Source of the DNA: Candidatus Rifleibacteriota bacterium
GTDB lineage: Bacteria > Muiribacteriota > Ozemobacteria > Ozemobacterales > Ozemobacteraceae
Direction: 5' to 3'
NCBI GenBank assembly: GCA_905236675.1
Contig: CAJOND010000051.1
Span: 1 to 20,667 of the forward strand
Length of the DNA: 20,667 bases
Shown: piece by piece, positions 7,489 to 15,711 of the stretch
How positions within the stretch are numbered: position 1 is the stretch's first letter
Layout: every line of letters begins with the position of its first letter
Position numbers and translations under genes: made by a program
Notes under the pieces: generated by a model
What the model saw: only the letters and a program-made list of their open reading frames with translations
Database searches by the model: none
What the model was told of the DNA's origin: nothing

Positions 7489-8598
7489 ATGGGTTTTTGG
7501 GCTAATCAAACTAGATCTGTTATAGAATGGAAAGATGCATCTCCAGATGTTTTAATATGGCGTTGGGATGGTACTAATGATGAATTGAAAAATGGTTCAA
7601 AGCTTATAGTTAATCCCGGTCAAGCTGCAATTTTCTTGTATGAAGGCGAAATAAAAGCTATTCATGATTATCCAGGAAAATTTGAACTAGGCACTGGCAA
7701 CGTTCCTTTCCTTACTACCTTAAAGAATATTATGCAGAATTTCACTTCTGAACATAAAGCTAATATTTATTTCGTAAGAACAACCGAATTCGTTGACCAG
7801 AAATGGGGCACTACTGGACCAATCAAATACGACGATCCAAAATACAGATTCCCAGTAGGAATGATTGCACACGGCAATTTCTCTTTCCATATTACCGATA
7901 TAAGAAACTTCTTTGTAAATTTCTCAAGCAATACCGATGTAGTTACCATTGCAAGCATTAGAAAGAACATTATCGGTCGTATTCTTGCTCCAATGACTTC
8001 AGTTTTCGCAAAGAGCGGCTACAGTTATTCAGAAATAGACAGTCATATCCAGGAACTTTCTGACACTCTTTCTCAGGCAGTTGCTCCAGACTTTGCAAAA
8101 CTTGGTTTCGAAATGTCTGATTTCAGAATCGAACGCACTGACTTCGATGAAAAGACTCATGAAAGAATAGATAAGATTGCTGATAAAATGGCTGAAGCTC
8201 AAGGCGATGCGGCAAAAGTTAATGAATTTGCGAACATCAACAATGCTGGTATAGCTAATTATGCAACAATGGAACAATTAAGAGCTCTTAATTCTGCCGC
8301 AGCTAATCCAAATGGTATGGCTGGAATGGGTGTAGGCATGGGCTTTGGTGCTGGTCTTGGTGCTGGTATGGGCTTTGGTGGCATGAATATGATGAATAAT
8401 CAAATGCAGCAGCCACAAGCAGCTCCTCAAGTTCCACAGGTACCAACCGTAGCTTGCAAAGCTTGTGGTGCTCAAATCAAAGCTACTGCAAAATTCTGTC
8501 CAGAATGTGGCAAACCTCAAAATCAGGTTCAGAAATGCCCAGAATGTGGCGCTGAAGTAGAAGGCAAATTCTGCCCAGAATGTGGTCACAAAATGTAA
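7489..8598 (+). CDS. SPFH/band-7 domain protein with a Gly/Met-rich linker and C-terminal triple zinc ribbon (COG4260-like)
   Basis: N-terminal SPFH-like region; low-complexity GMAGMGVGMGFGAGLGAGMGFGG linker; C-terminus has CKACG...CPECG...CPECG...CPECGHKM zinc-ribbon motifs. Confidence 0.65.
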   Translation: MGFWANQTRSVIEWKDASPDVLIWRWDGTNDELKNGSKLIVNPGQAAIFLYEGEIKAIHDYPGKFELGTGNVPFLTTLKNIMQNFTSEHKANIYFVRTTEFVDQKWGTTGPIKYDDPKYRFPVGMIAHGNFSFHITDIRNFFVNFSSNTDVVTIASIRKNIIGRILAPMTSVFAKSGYSYSEIDSHIQELSDTLSQAVAPDFAKLGFEMSDFRIERTDFDEKTHERIDKIADKMAEAQGDAAKVNEFANINNAGIANYATMEQLRALNSAAANPNGMAGMGVGMGFGAGLGAGMGFGGMNMMNNQMQQPQAAPQVPQVPTVACKACGAQIKATAKFCPECGKPQNQVQKCPECGAEVEGKFCPECGHKM

Positions 8599-8632
8599 AT
8601 AATTAGTTATTTCCTTTAGATTGAATTTTTTA

Positions 8633-8662
8633 ACTCCTCTGAAAACCAGAGGAGTTTTTTTA
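8633..8662 (+). terminator. Rho-independent terminator after the SPFH gene
   Basis: actcctctg-aaaacc-cagaggagt followed by TTTTTTT. Confidence 0.75.
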
Positions 8663-8820
8663 CTCCTCTTCCCTCCTGCTTTCTGCTCTTTCGCTCTAAG
8701 AGGCTTTAGCCTCGTCTGCTCTACTGCTCTTCGCTCTTTTGCTCTCTTCTATCTTCAATCTTCAATCTCCATATTTGGTCTTATATCTTATATCTTCCTT
8801 CTTCAATCTTTTATCTTAAA
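8661..8820. repeat. About 160-nt polypyrimidine (CT-rich) low-complexity tract with short tandem motifs (GCTCT, TCTTCAA, TCTTATA)
   Basis: Seen directly; strong strand purine/pyrimidine asymmetry; contains CCTCC and UCCC-type motifs. Confidence 0.6.
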
Positions 8821-8884
8821 CATTGCAAAATCATATGCCGATAGTTAATATGAAATAGATAAATTTTAGGATGGAGCCGCAAAC

Positions 8885-9748
8885 ATGAAAAAAGCCGTTA
8901 AAAGAATTTTCCTTTTCATAATGCTTCTATGTTGCTGTATAGTTTTCACTGGCTGTGGTGGTAATAGCAACAGTTATGATGATGCTGATGTTAGTAATTT
9001 GCATATTACTGTTTACAATAACGTTATTAATACCGAAACAAATTCTTATTCAACAAGAGCTTCTATCAACAATAGCGATTTAAGATTGTTCTTTAATGAT
9101 ATAGAGTTTCAAGGCCATAGTTCTGATAGCGAAAATAATTATGTTTTCACTAATGTAATGTATACCTCTAAAGCCTATGAAATGACTAATGCAGATGCTT
9201 CTTCAACAATTATTATAGCTTTAACTACTGGAGAAACATTATATAAAATAGAATTTGCCAACATAGATTTACCAGTAAATTTATCTATTAGATCAGAAAA
9301 TGGCAAAATAGTCATGTATAACGGAGCTAATCCTGTTCATATTCTTAAAGTTAATGATAAAACTGATGGTTATACAGATTTAACTGAAGTTATAGAAGTA
9401 AAAATTGAAAAATACAATAGCACAACTGCTAAAGTAACTTTTTATAATGTATTAAAACAAGGAATTAAGCTTGATTATACTTATTGGAAAATTTCAGCAT
9501 TAAATTCTGAATTAGATCCTATCGAATCATGGACAAACGAAGAAAATTCTTCCTCTACAAAACTAAATATTTCTAAGCCACAAGGAACAGATAATTATTA
9601 TCTCATATCACTGACAGAATCAGGTCTAGCATCAGCTCATTCTCACAATCTTGCCAATACAATTGTCGGAATAGACTACATCACAGATTCTAATCACAAA
9701 GATTTGGTTTCCACATATGTATTAAGACAAGGCATATATAGACCTTAA
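8885..9748 (+). CDS. Hypothetical lipoprotein (lipobox FTGC)
   Basis: MKKAVKRIFLFIMLLCCCIVFTG|CGG signal peptide with lipobox; Asn/Ser/Thr-rich mature protein. Confidence 0.65.
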   Translation: MKKAVKRIFLFIMLLCCCIVFTGCGGNSNSYDDADVSNLHITVYNNVINTETNSYSTRASINNSDLRLFFNDIEFQGHSSDSENNYVFTNVMYTSKAYEMTNADASSTIIIALTTGETLYKIEFANIDLPVNLSIRSENGKIVMYNGANPVHILKVNDKTDGYTDLTEVIEVKIEKYNSTTAKVTFYNVLKQGIKLDYTYWKISALNSELDPIESWTNEENSSSTKLNISKPQGTDNYYLISLTESGLASAHSHNLANTIVGIDYITDSNHKDLVSTYVLRQGIYRP

Positions 9749-9766
9749 CTAAAGAACTCCTCAAAC

Positions 9767-9800
9767 ACCGCTGGTTTTTCAAAGCTGGCGGTATTTTTTT
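9767..9800 (+). terminator. Rho-independent terminator after the lipoprotein gene
   Basis: accgctgg...ctggcggt (8 bp including two G-U wobbles) followed by T7. Confidence 0.55.
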
Positions 9801-9862
9801 GCTCTATGTTTTATTATTTTATAAAAAAATATATAAATATAGGGCTAAAAAAATATCTTTTC

Positions 9863-9891
9863 TTGACTTTATTTAAAGGCAAATCTATAAT
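9863..9891 (+). promoter_or_regulatory. Consensus sigma70 promoter TTGACT-17-TATAAT for the PTS operon
   Basis: Seen directly: -35 at 9863-9868 and -10 at 9886-9891 with a 17-nt spacer, about 30 nt upstream of the first operon gene. Confidence 0.6.
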
Positions 9892-9918
9892 TGAAACAAT
9901 TATTGCAATCGAAAACGG

Positions 9919-10377
9919 GTGTACATGATTCAAATAGAAGACGTATTACAACAGAATGGAACAGTTTCATTATCTAAGGCTGCTTTGCTATGCAGTATGA
10001 TAGACAACGAACTTGATGACGAGTTAGTTGAACATCTGAAAAAGCACAATATCTATGCTGTAATAACCAGAGCCGGAGGTTGTGGAGATAACCTGAAAGG
10101 TAAAATTCTCCGCAATACTTTTGGAGCTGCTGAAAATAGCGGTTTGTTAACCATCAACATGAAAAACCGACATGTTATTACTTCATTGGTAGAAGGTGTT
10201 CTTTCTTCCTTTGACAGTTCTCTTATGAGCGTTTCTGGCGGAGGTTTAAAAATAGGTTTGGCAGTCCGTGATAATGATATTGCTATGGGAATCTATGGAA
10301 GTATAGGACTTCCTGGTCTAGATGTTGACCATGAGATTTCAGCTTGTCGTATTCTCTATCATTGTCTGGAGGACTAA
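9919..10377 (+). CDS. Hypothetical 152-aa protein, first gene of the PTS operon (Gly-rich motifs AGGCGDNLKGK and VSGGGLKIG)
   Basis: ORF track (GTG at 9919; alternative ATG at 9925). Its stop is 3 nt before EIIA. No family recognised. Confidence 0.5.
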   Translation: MYMIQIEDVLQQNGTVSLSKAALLCSMIDNELDDELVEHLKKHNIYAVITRAGGCGDNLKGKILRNTFGAAENSGLLTINMKNRHVITSLVEGVLSSFDSSLMSVSGGGLKIGLAVRDNDIAMGIYGSIGLPGLDVDHEISACRILYHCLED

Positions 10378-10380
10378 AAC

Positions 10381-10797
10381 GTGATAGGAATAGTAGTTGT
10401 TTCTCACGGTCTTCTTTCGGAACATTTAGTATCAGCTGCTTCTCTTATATTAGGAGAAACTAAAAATATCAAAGCTGTTACTTTTATGGCGAGAGAATCC
10501 TTAGAAGATTTACGCAAAAAAACAACTGATGCTGCTAATGAGTTTACAGACGATGGTTGTATTATTTTCACCGATATAATGGGTGGAAGTGCCACTAATG
10601 TCAGTATAGAAATCATGAAGAGTCGTAATGATGTCTATGTAGTTACAGGTGTTAATCTTCCAATGCTTATTGAAGCTATTAATAGCCGTGAAAATACTAG
10701 TTTGAAAGATTTGGCAAACCAAGTTTCAAACTCAGGCGTAAGAAGTATTATTAATTTAAAAGAATATTTTGAAAAAAGAGCAGCAAAACGAGTATGA
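10381..10797 (+). CDS. PTS mannose/fructose/sorbose-family EIIA component
   Basis: MIGIVVVSHGLLSEHL... aligns with the EIIA-Man N-terminus (conserved His in VSHG) and the VTGVNLPML region. GTG start with a GGAGG SD 8 nt upstream. Confidence 0.8.
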   Translation: MIGIVVVSHGLLSEHLVSAASLILGETKNIKAVTFMARESLEDLRKKTTDAANEFTDDGCIIFTDIMGGSATNVSIEIMKSRNDVYVVTGVNLPMLIEAINSRENTSLKDLANQVSNSGVRSIINLKEYFEKRAAKRV

Positions 10798-11255
10798 CAA
10801 ATATTGCATTTTTAAGAATAGATGATAGACTAGTTCATGGTCAGGTTATAGTCGGTTGGCTACCCGAAATAAAGCCTGAAAACCTTGTTGTTGTAAACGA
10901 TAGCGTAGCTGAAGATTCAATGCGCCAAGATCTTATGTCTTTAAGCGTTCCGCCTGATGTAGATCTGGAATTCTTTTCCACTTCTGACATTTCAGACGAA
11001 GATGTTGGCGAAAGTTCTTTTGTTTTAGTTTCTTCCCCTAAGGATGCTTGGGAATGTCTACAGAAAGATATTAAACCATTACGTTTTAATGTCGGTGGTA
11101 TGCATTCTAAAGACGGCAAGGAAGAAATATTTGAGGCATTACACGTTGATGATGAAGATCGAAAATATTTTGATTTAATCATCAAATCTGGTGTTGAACC
11201 TATTTTTCAACCAACTCCACAAAATCAACCCATGCCATTGGGTGGTATTCTGTAA
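10794..11255 (+). CDS. PTS mannose-family EIIB component
   Basis: LRIDDRLVHGQV signature of EIIB-Man (phospho-His). ATGA overlap with EIIA. Confidence 0.85.
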   Translation: MTNIAFLRIDDRLVHGQVIVGWLPEIKPENLVVVNDSVAEDSMRQDLMSLSVPPDVDLEFFSTSDISDEDVGESSFVLVSSPKDAWECLQKDIKPLRFNVGGMHSKDGKEEIFEALHVDDEDRKYFDLIIKSGVEPIFQPTPQNQPMPLGGIL

Positions 11256-11269
11256 AGCGAGGACAAAAC

Positions 11270-12388
11270 ATGGCTTCAATTACTTTCAGCAAAGTAGTGA
11301 AACAGTATGAAGGGGCAAAAGAACCTACTGTTAAGGGGATTGACCTTTTCATCAAAGACAAAGAGTTTGTCGTTCTTGTTGGTGGTTCAGGATGTGGTAA
11401 AAGTACAAGCTTACGTATGATTGCCGGTCTTGAAGACATAACTGGCGGCGAAATCAAAATTGGTGATACAGTTGTAAACAATTTGCCACCAAAAGATCGT
11501 GATATTGCTATGGTTTTTCAGAACTATGCTCTCTATCCGCATATGACTGTTAGAGAAAACCTTTCTTTTGGTTTAAAACTTCGCAAACTTCCACAAGACG
11601 AAATCGACAAACGTGTTGATGAAGCTGCAAAAATGCTTGAAATTTCTGATTATCTTGAAAGACTACCAAAACAGCTTTCAGGTGGTCAGCGTCAGCGTGT
11701 TGCATTAGGTAGAACTATAGTTCGTGAACCAAAGGTCTTCCTTATGGACGAACCATTATCTAACCTTGATGCTAAATTGCGTGTTCAAATGCGTGCCGTT
11801 ATTAAAAAGCTTCATCAGCGATTAAAAACAACCTTTGTCTATGTTACACATGATCAGGTTGAAGCAATGACAATGGCTGACCGTATTGTTATTCTCCATC
11901 AGGGAATTATCCAGCAATACGATATTCCTTCTGTTATCTATGAAAAGCCAGCTAACGTATTTGTTGCACAATTTATCGGTTCACCGCCAATGAATGTTAT
12001 GAAAGTCAAGAAAACCGATAAAGGATTGACTTTATTACCTGGCACTGGTTCTGACAAAAATATCGACTGGGAAATCAAACTTTCAGATTATTTCAAAGAT
12101 GATTTCGAAGATGATATGTCTATAGGAATAAGACCTGAACATTTATTGATTGATAAACAAGCCGAAGGTGTTCCTTGTCTAAAAGTTCCTTGTAAAGTAG
12201 ATTTGATTGAACCTATGGGAGCAGAAACCTATCTATACTTAGATTGTAACGGTTTGAGCCTCAACGCTAAGGTTCCACCTACAATTAAGCCCGAAGTTGG
12301 CGATAGCGTTGTTGCAAATATCCCAATAGAAAAGTTCCATCTCTTTAAGCAGTCAGATACAACAAGAATTGGACGCAAAGGCGAATAA
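11270..12388 (+). CDS. Sugar ABC transporter ATP-binding protein, MalK/UgpC/MsmX type (with C-terminal TOBE-like domain)
   Basis: Walker A GGSGCGKST, signature LSGGQRQRVALGR, Walker B FLMDEPLSNLDAKLR, H-loop YVTHDQ; about 130-aa C-terminal extension typical of MalK. Confidence 0.85.
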   Translation: MASITFSKVVKQYEGAKEPTVKGIDLFIKDKEFVVLVGGSGCGKSTSLRMIAGLEDITGGEIKIGDTVVNNLPPKDRDIAMVFQNYALYPHMTVRENLSFGLKLRKLPQDEIDKRVDEAAKMLEISDYLERLPKQLSGGQRQRVALGRTIVREPKVFLMDEPLSNLDAKLRVQMRAVIKKLHQRLKTTFVYVTHDQVEAMTMADRIVILHQGIIQQYDIPSVIYEKPANVFVAQFIGSPPMNVMKVKKTDKGLTLLPGTGSDKNIDWEIKLSDYFKDDFEDDMSIGIRPEHLLIDKQAEGVPCLKVPCKVDLIEPMGAETYLYLDCNGLSLNAKVPPTIKPEVGDSVVANIPIEKFHLFKQSDTTRIGRKGE

Positions 12389-12405
12389 TTCATGAACTAA
12401 ATTAG

Positions 12406-12441
12406 ACTCTCCTCGTAATACTTTATTGCGAGGAGAGTTTT
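12406..12441 (+). terminator. Intra-operon terminator-like hairpin (10-bp stem, 13-nt loop, TTTT)
   Basis: actctcctcg...cgaggagagt followed by TTTT, between the ABC ATPase and the SBP gene. Confidence 0.45.
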
Positions 12442-12475
12442 ACTAATTACCTTAAATCTTCGTGGTAAATCGATA

Positions 12476-13756
12476 ATGAATAAAGCTTTAAAAACTTTTC
12501 CAAAGATTTTATTTATTTTAGGCTCTTTTGTCCTAGTATTAATTCTAGGCTGTTGTGACTCTACTTCAAATTCCACAGACAATAATTCTTCTGGTGCAAA
12601 AATAGTTCTAGAATTTTGGAACACAATGGAAGGTAGAGAAGCCGCAGTAATGCCAGATGTTTTTAAGGCTTTCAACGAAAAATATCCTAACATCACTATT
12701 AAAGAAACTACTATCGATTTTTATGAATGCAAGGATAACTTTATTAAAGCTTCATCAGAAGGCAAAGCACCAGATTTAATAAGAACCGATAGATTCTGGC
12801 TAGCCTCTTTCGTTAGCAAAGGTCTTCTTAATGAAATAAAAGAAAATGAAATTACAGAAGAACTTGCCGATATGGTTCCAGTCGCAAGAGATTTTGTTAC
12901 ATTAGATAAAAAAATATGGGCAATTCCATTGTCTGTAGACAGTTTGGCAATGTTTTACAACAAAGCCCATTTCAGAGAAAAATCACTTCACACTCCCAAA
13001 GATTTTGATGAATTTTCAAAAGCCTGTGAAAAACTGACTGATCCAGCCAACAACAGATACGGATTTTTTATCTACCCTAACGGCTGGTATTTTGAACCTT
13101 TTTTCTTTGGCTTTGGTGGTCAATATTTCGATGAAAATGGAAAGCTTTATATCAAATCAGATGCTGGGAAAAAAGCATTAGAATTTCTTATGCACTTAAA
13201 ATCAGAAATTAAAGCTGTTCCTCCAATACCATATACAAATAAACTTTATGGCACTATGATCAAAAGTTTTTCAAGCGGTCAAACAAGCATAATATTTACA
13301 GGCCCCTGGGCAATTCGAGATATTATTGCAGGAAGTGCTTTTAAAGATAATAATTCTAATCTTGGTGTAGAACAAATTCCAGCTGGTCCAAGAGGAACAT
13401 TTTCTCCCATTGGCTGCCAGTCAATTGCTATTTCAAGTAAGACAAAACATAGAGATGCCGCTTTAAAGTTTGCTAAATTTATGTTTGATTACGAAATACA
13501 AAAGAATTTTACAATGGCAAATTATGGGCTCCCTGCAAGAAGAAAAGTATTTGCCGCTCCAGAATTAAAACAGGATCCATATCTGCAAACATTTATTAGA
13601 CAGCTTCAAATGAGTTGTAAAGCTTATACTCATCCTGATCAGGGTGATATTTATGCTCCGTTGGGCGACAAAATAATAAAAGTTCTTAACGGTGATTTAA
13701 CTATCGAGTATGCTCTGTCAGATGTTGAATCAGAATGGGGAGCGACACACCATTGA
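12476..13756 (+). CDS. Extracellular solute-binding lipoprotein, family 1 (CUT1 sugar ABC type)
   Basis: Signal peptide with lipobox ILGC|CDS; N-terminal region ...KIVLEFWNTMEG...PDV...APDLIRTD..W...GLL resembles MalE/MsmE-type SBPs. Confidence 0.7.
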   Translation: MNKALKTFPKILFILGSFVLVLILGCCDSTSNSTDNNSSGAKIVLEFWNTMEGREAAVMPDVFKAFNEKYPNITIKETTIDFYECKDNFIKASSEGKAPDLIRTDRFWLASFVSKGLLNEIKENEITEELADMVPVARDFVTLDKKIWAIPLSVDSLAMFYNKAHFREKSLHTPKDFDEFSKACEKLTDPANNRYGFFIYPNGWYFEPFFFGFGGQYFDENGKLYIKSDAGKKALEFLMHLKSEIKAVPPIPYTNKLYGTMIKSFSSGQTSIIFTGPWAIRDIIAGSAFKDNNSNLGVEQIPAGPRGTFSPIGCQSIAISSKTKHRDAALKFAKFMFDYEIQKNFTMANYGLPARRKVFAAPELKQDPYLQTFIRQLQMSCKAYTHPDQGDIYAPLGDKIIKVLNGDLTIEYALSDVESEWGATHH

Positions 13757-13770
13757 TTTGGTAACTTTTA

Positions 13771-14604
13771 ATGGAACACCTAAACCTATCTCTTATTGTT
13801 GCATTATTAGGCGGTATAGTTGATTTAGATTCAACCGCCGCAGTACAATGCATGATTTCACAGCCAATAGTCGCTGCTCCTTTAACAGGTCTAATTGTTG
13901 GCTCAATGCTAGATGATTCATCATCAGGTCTGACCCTTGGTTTGATGATTGGTTTAATCCTCCAGCTTACTTGGATAGAACAACTTCCTCTAGGAATGAA
14001 CGTTCCTCCTGACGCAGCTTTAGCTTCTGTTTTATCTGTTGCATTAGGTTTTTGTGCAGGTCATGAATTTGATTATGCAAAGAGAGAAGCTTGCTACACT
14101 ATTGGATTATTGGTTTCTGTTGCCTTGGGATTGATTGGTAGAAGTCTGGATATGTTTGTCCGACGATTAAACACCAGTATTGATTCTTGGGTTAATTTGC
14201 AAATAGAAGACAATAAATTTAACTCAATCATATTTGGTCATATAAGTGGTGGTTTTATAACCTTTATTAAGGCATTTATTTTTTGTTTTCTTGTTATATG
14301 GTTTGGAGTTGAACCTCTTAAAACTTTTACTAGTCTTATGAGTGTTTTTCATTGTGGCGGTTTTGTTGTCTTACAAGGTCTTTTACCTGCCGTAGGATTT
14401 TCAGTTCTTGCCAGCATGTATTTAAAAACAAAAAAAGAAACTATATATTTTGCAGCTGCTATTATCGGATTTACTCTAATTAATGCTTTTATTAATATAG
14501 AATCTTATTTTTATATAACTATAGCTTTATTAATTTCCCTTATAACTATGTGTATAACGGGCTATACGTCTACAAAAACCAGATCGAAGAGAGGTAAGAA
14601 ATGA
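13771..14604 (+). CDS. PTS mannose-family EIIC component
   Basis: Aligns by eye with ManY: ...QPIVAAPLTGLIVGS...PPDAALASV... Polytopic. Confidence 0.8.
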   Translation: MEHLNLSLIVALLGGIVDLDSTAAVQCMISQPIVAAPLTGLIVGSMLDDSSSGLTLGLMIGLILQLTWIEQLPLGMNVPPDAALASVLSVALGFCAGHEFDYAKREACYTIGLLVSVALGLIGRSLDMFVRRLNTSIDSWVNLQIEDNKFNSIIFGHISGGFITFIKAFIFCFLVIWFGVEPLKTFTSLMSVFHCGGFVVLQGLLPAVGFSVLASMYLKTKKETIYFAAAIIGFTLINAFINIESYFYITIALLISLITMCITGYTSTKTRSKRGKK

Positions 14605-15428
14605 CCTTATCGAAATGGTTGTTATTTAAAGTAGCTTTAAGAAGCTTCCTGCTTCAAGCATCATGGAATTACCGAGGCATGATGAGCATGGGGTTTCTTT
14701 ATTCTATAGCCCCTGGACTAGACCACATTTATGAAGATAAAAATGAAAGAGAATTGGCCTATATGCGTCATTTCGAGTATTTTAATACTAATCCCTATTT
14801 TTCTTCTATTGTAATGGGGGTAACCTTGTCGTTAGAAGAAAAATATAAAAATGGAGATAATAAAGTAGATCCTGAAATAATTCATAATACCAAAGAAGCT
14901 CTTATGACCTCTCTTGCAGCAATTGGTGACGGTTTTTTCTGGGATAGCTGGAGACCATTTGTAGCTGTTTTTGCAATAGTTTTTGCCGCAGCAAATTATA
15001 GCTTTGTTCCTTTTCTCTTCTTAATCTTATATAACTTACCTCATCTGTATTTCAGATTTGCAGGAATATATTGGGGATATGAAGATGGAATGAATGTTAT
15101 CCGCAAATTAAAAGGGTTCAAAATTCCTCAAATTCGACAAACGTTAAGAATGGGAACCCTAGTTTTATTAGCCTATCTTATTCCTAATAATGTCAGTGTT
15201 AAAACACCTTTTTACATAAAAGTTATGGAATATATACAAGATTTGTCAGCAAAAAAAATATCGTTGGAATATGGTATTTTTTTTAATAAAATAGTTCAAG
15301 GGGTAATTGCATTATTACTAGTTTCTTTAGGCACATTTGCTTATAGAAAAAAAGTAAATGTTTTATTAATCTCTTTTCTTCTTCTAATTTTAGCCCTAAT
15401 GTTTTATCATTGGGGTATATTTATTTAA
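14601..15428 (+). CDS. PTS mannose-family EIID component
   Basis: LLQASWNYRGMMSMGF...RHFEYFNTNPYFSSIVMGVTLSLEE aligns with ManZ (LFQGSWNFERMQALGF...RHLEFFNTQP...GVTLALEE). ATGA overlap with EIIC. Confidence 0.85.
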   Translation: MTLSKWLLFKVALRSFLLQASWNYRGMMSMGFLYSIAPGLDHIYEDKNERELAYMRHFEYFNTNPYFSSIVMGVTLSLEEKYKNGDNKVDPEIIHNTKEALMTSLAAIGDGFFWDSWRPFVAVFAIVFAAANYSFVPFLFLILYNLPHLYFRFAGIYWGYEDGMNVIRKLKGFKIPQIRQTLRMGTLVLLAYLIPNNVSVKTPFYIKVMEYIQDLSAKKISLEYGIFFNKIVQGVIALLLVSLGTFAYRKKVNVLLISFLLLILALMFYHWGIFI

Positions 15429-15438
15429 GGACCTGAGA

Positions 15439-15711
15439 ATGAAACGAAAAGAAGTCGAAATTAAAAACAAACTTGGGTTACACGCTAGACCAGCATCACT
15501 GCTTGTGAAACTGGCTAGTAAATATTCTTCTGAAATCGATTTGATAAAAGAAGATACTGAAGTTAATGCCAAAAGTATTCTTGGTGTTATGATGCTTGCG
15601 GCTGGACCTGGTCAAAGACTTACTATCACTGCAGAAGGAGCCGATGAAGTAGAAGCTGTAGAAGCTTTGGCTGCTCTTATCGATAGTGGATTCGGTGAGG
15701 AATTAGTATAA
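15439..15711 (+). CDS. ptsH: Phosphocarrier protein HPr
   Basis: GLHARPA with His15 and a conserved KSILGV Ser46 region; 90 aa. Confidence 0.9.
   Translation: MKRKEVEIKNKLGLHARPASLLVKLASKYSSEIDLIKEDTEVNAKSILGVMMLAAGPGQRLTITAEGADEVEAVEALAALIDSGFGEELV

Noticed and set aside
8621-8848. 75-aa + strand ORF spanning the polypyrimidine tract
   Set aside because: It starts at a TTG inside the terminator hairpin. It exists only because purine-poor sequence cannot encode stop codons. Its product is a Leu/Phe/Ser repeat with no plausible fold.
12397-12696. 99-aa minus-strand ORF overlapping the internal hairpin and the SBP gene start
   Set aside because: It is antisense to the well-supported SBP lipoprotein gene and has no SD. 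It is a shadow ORF.
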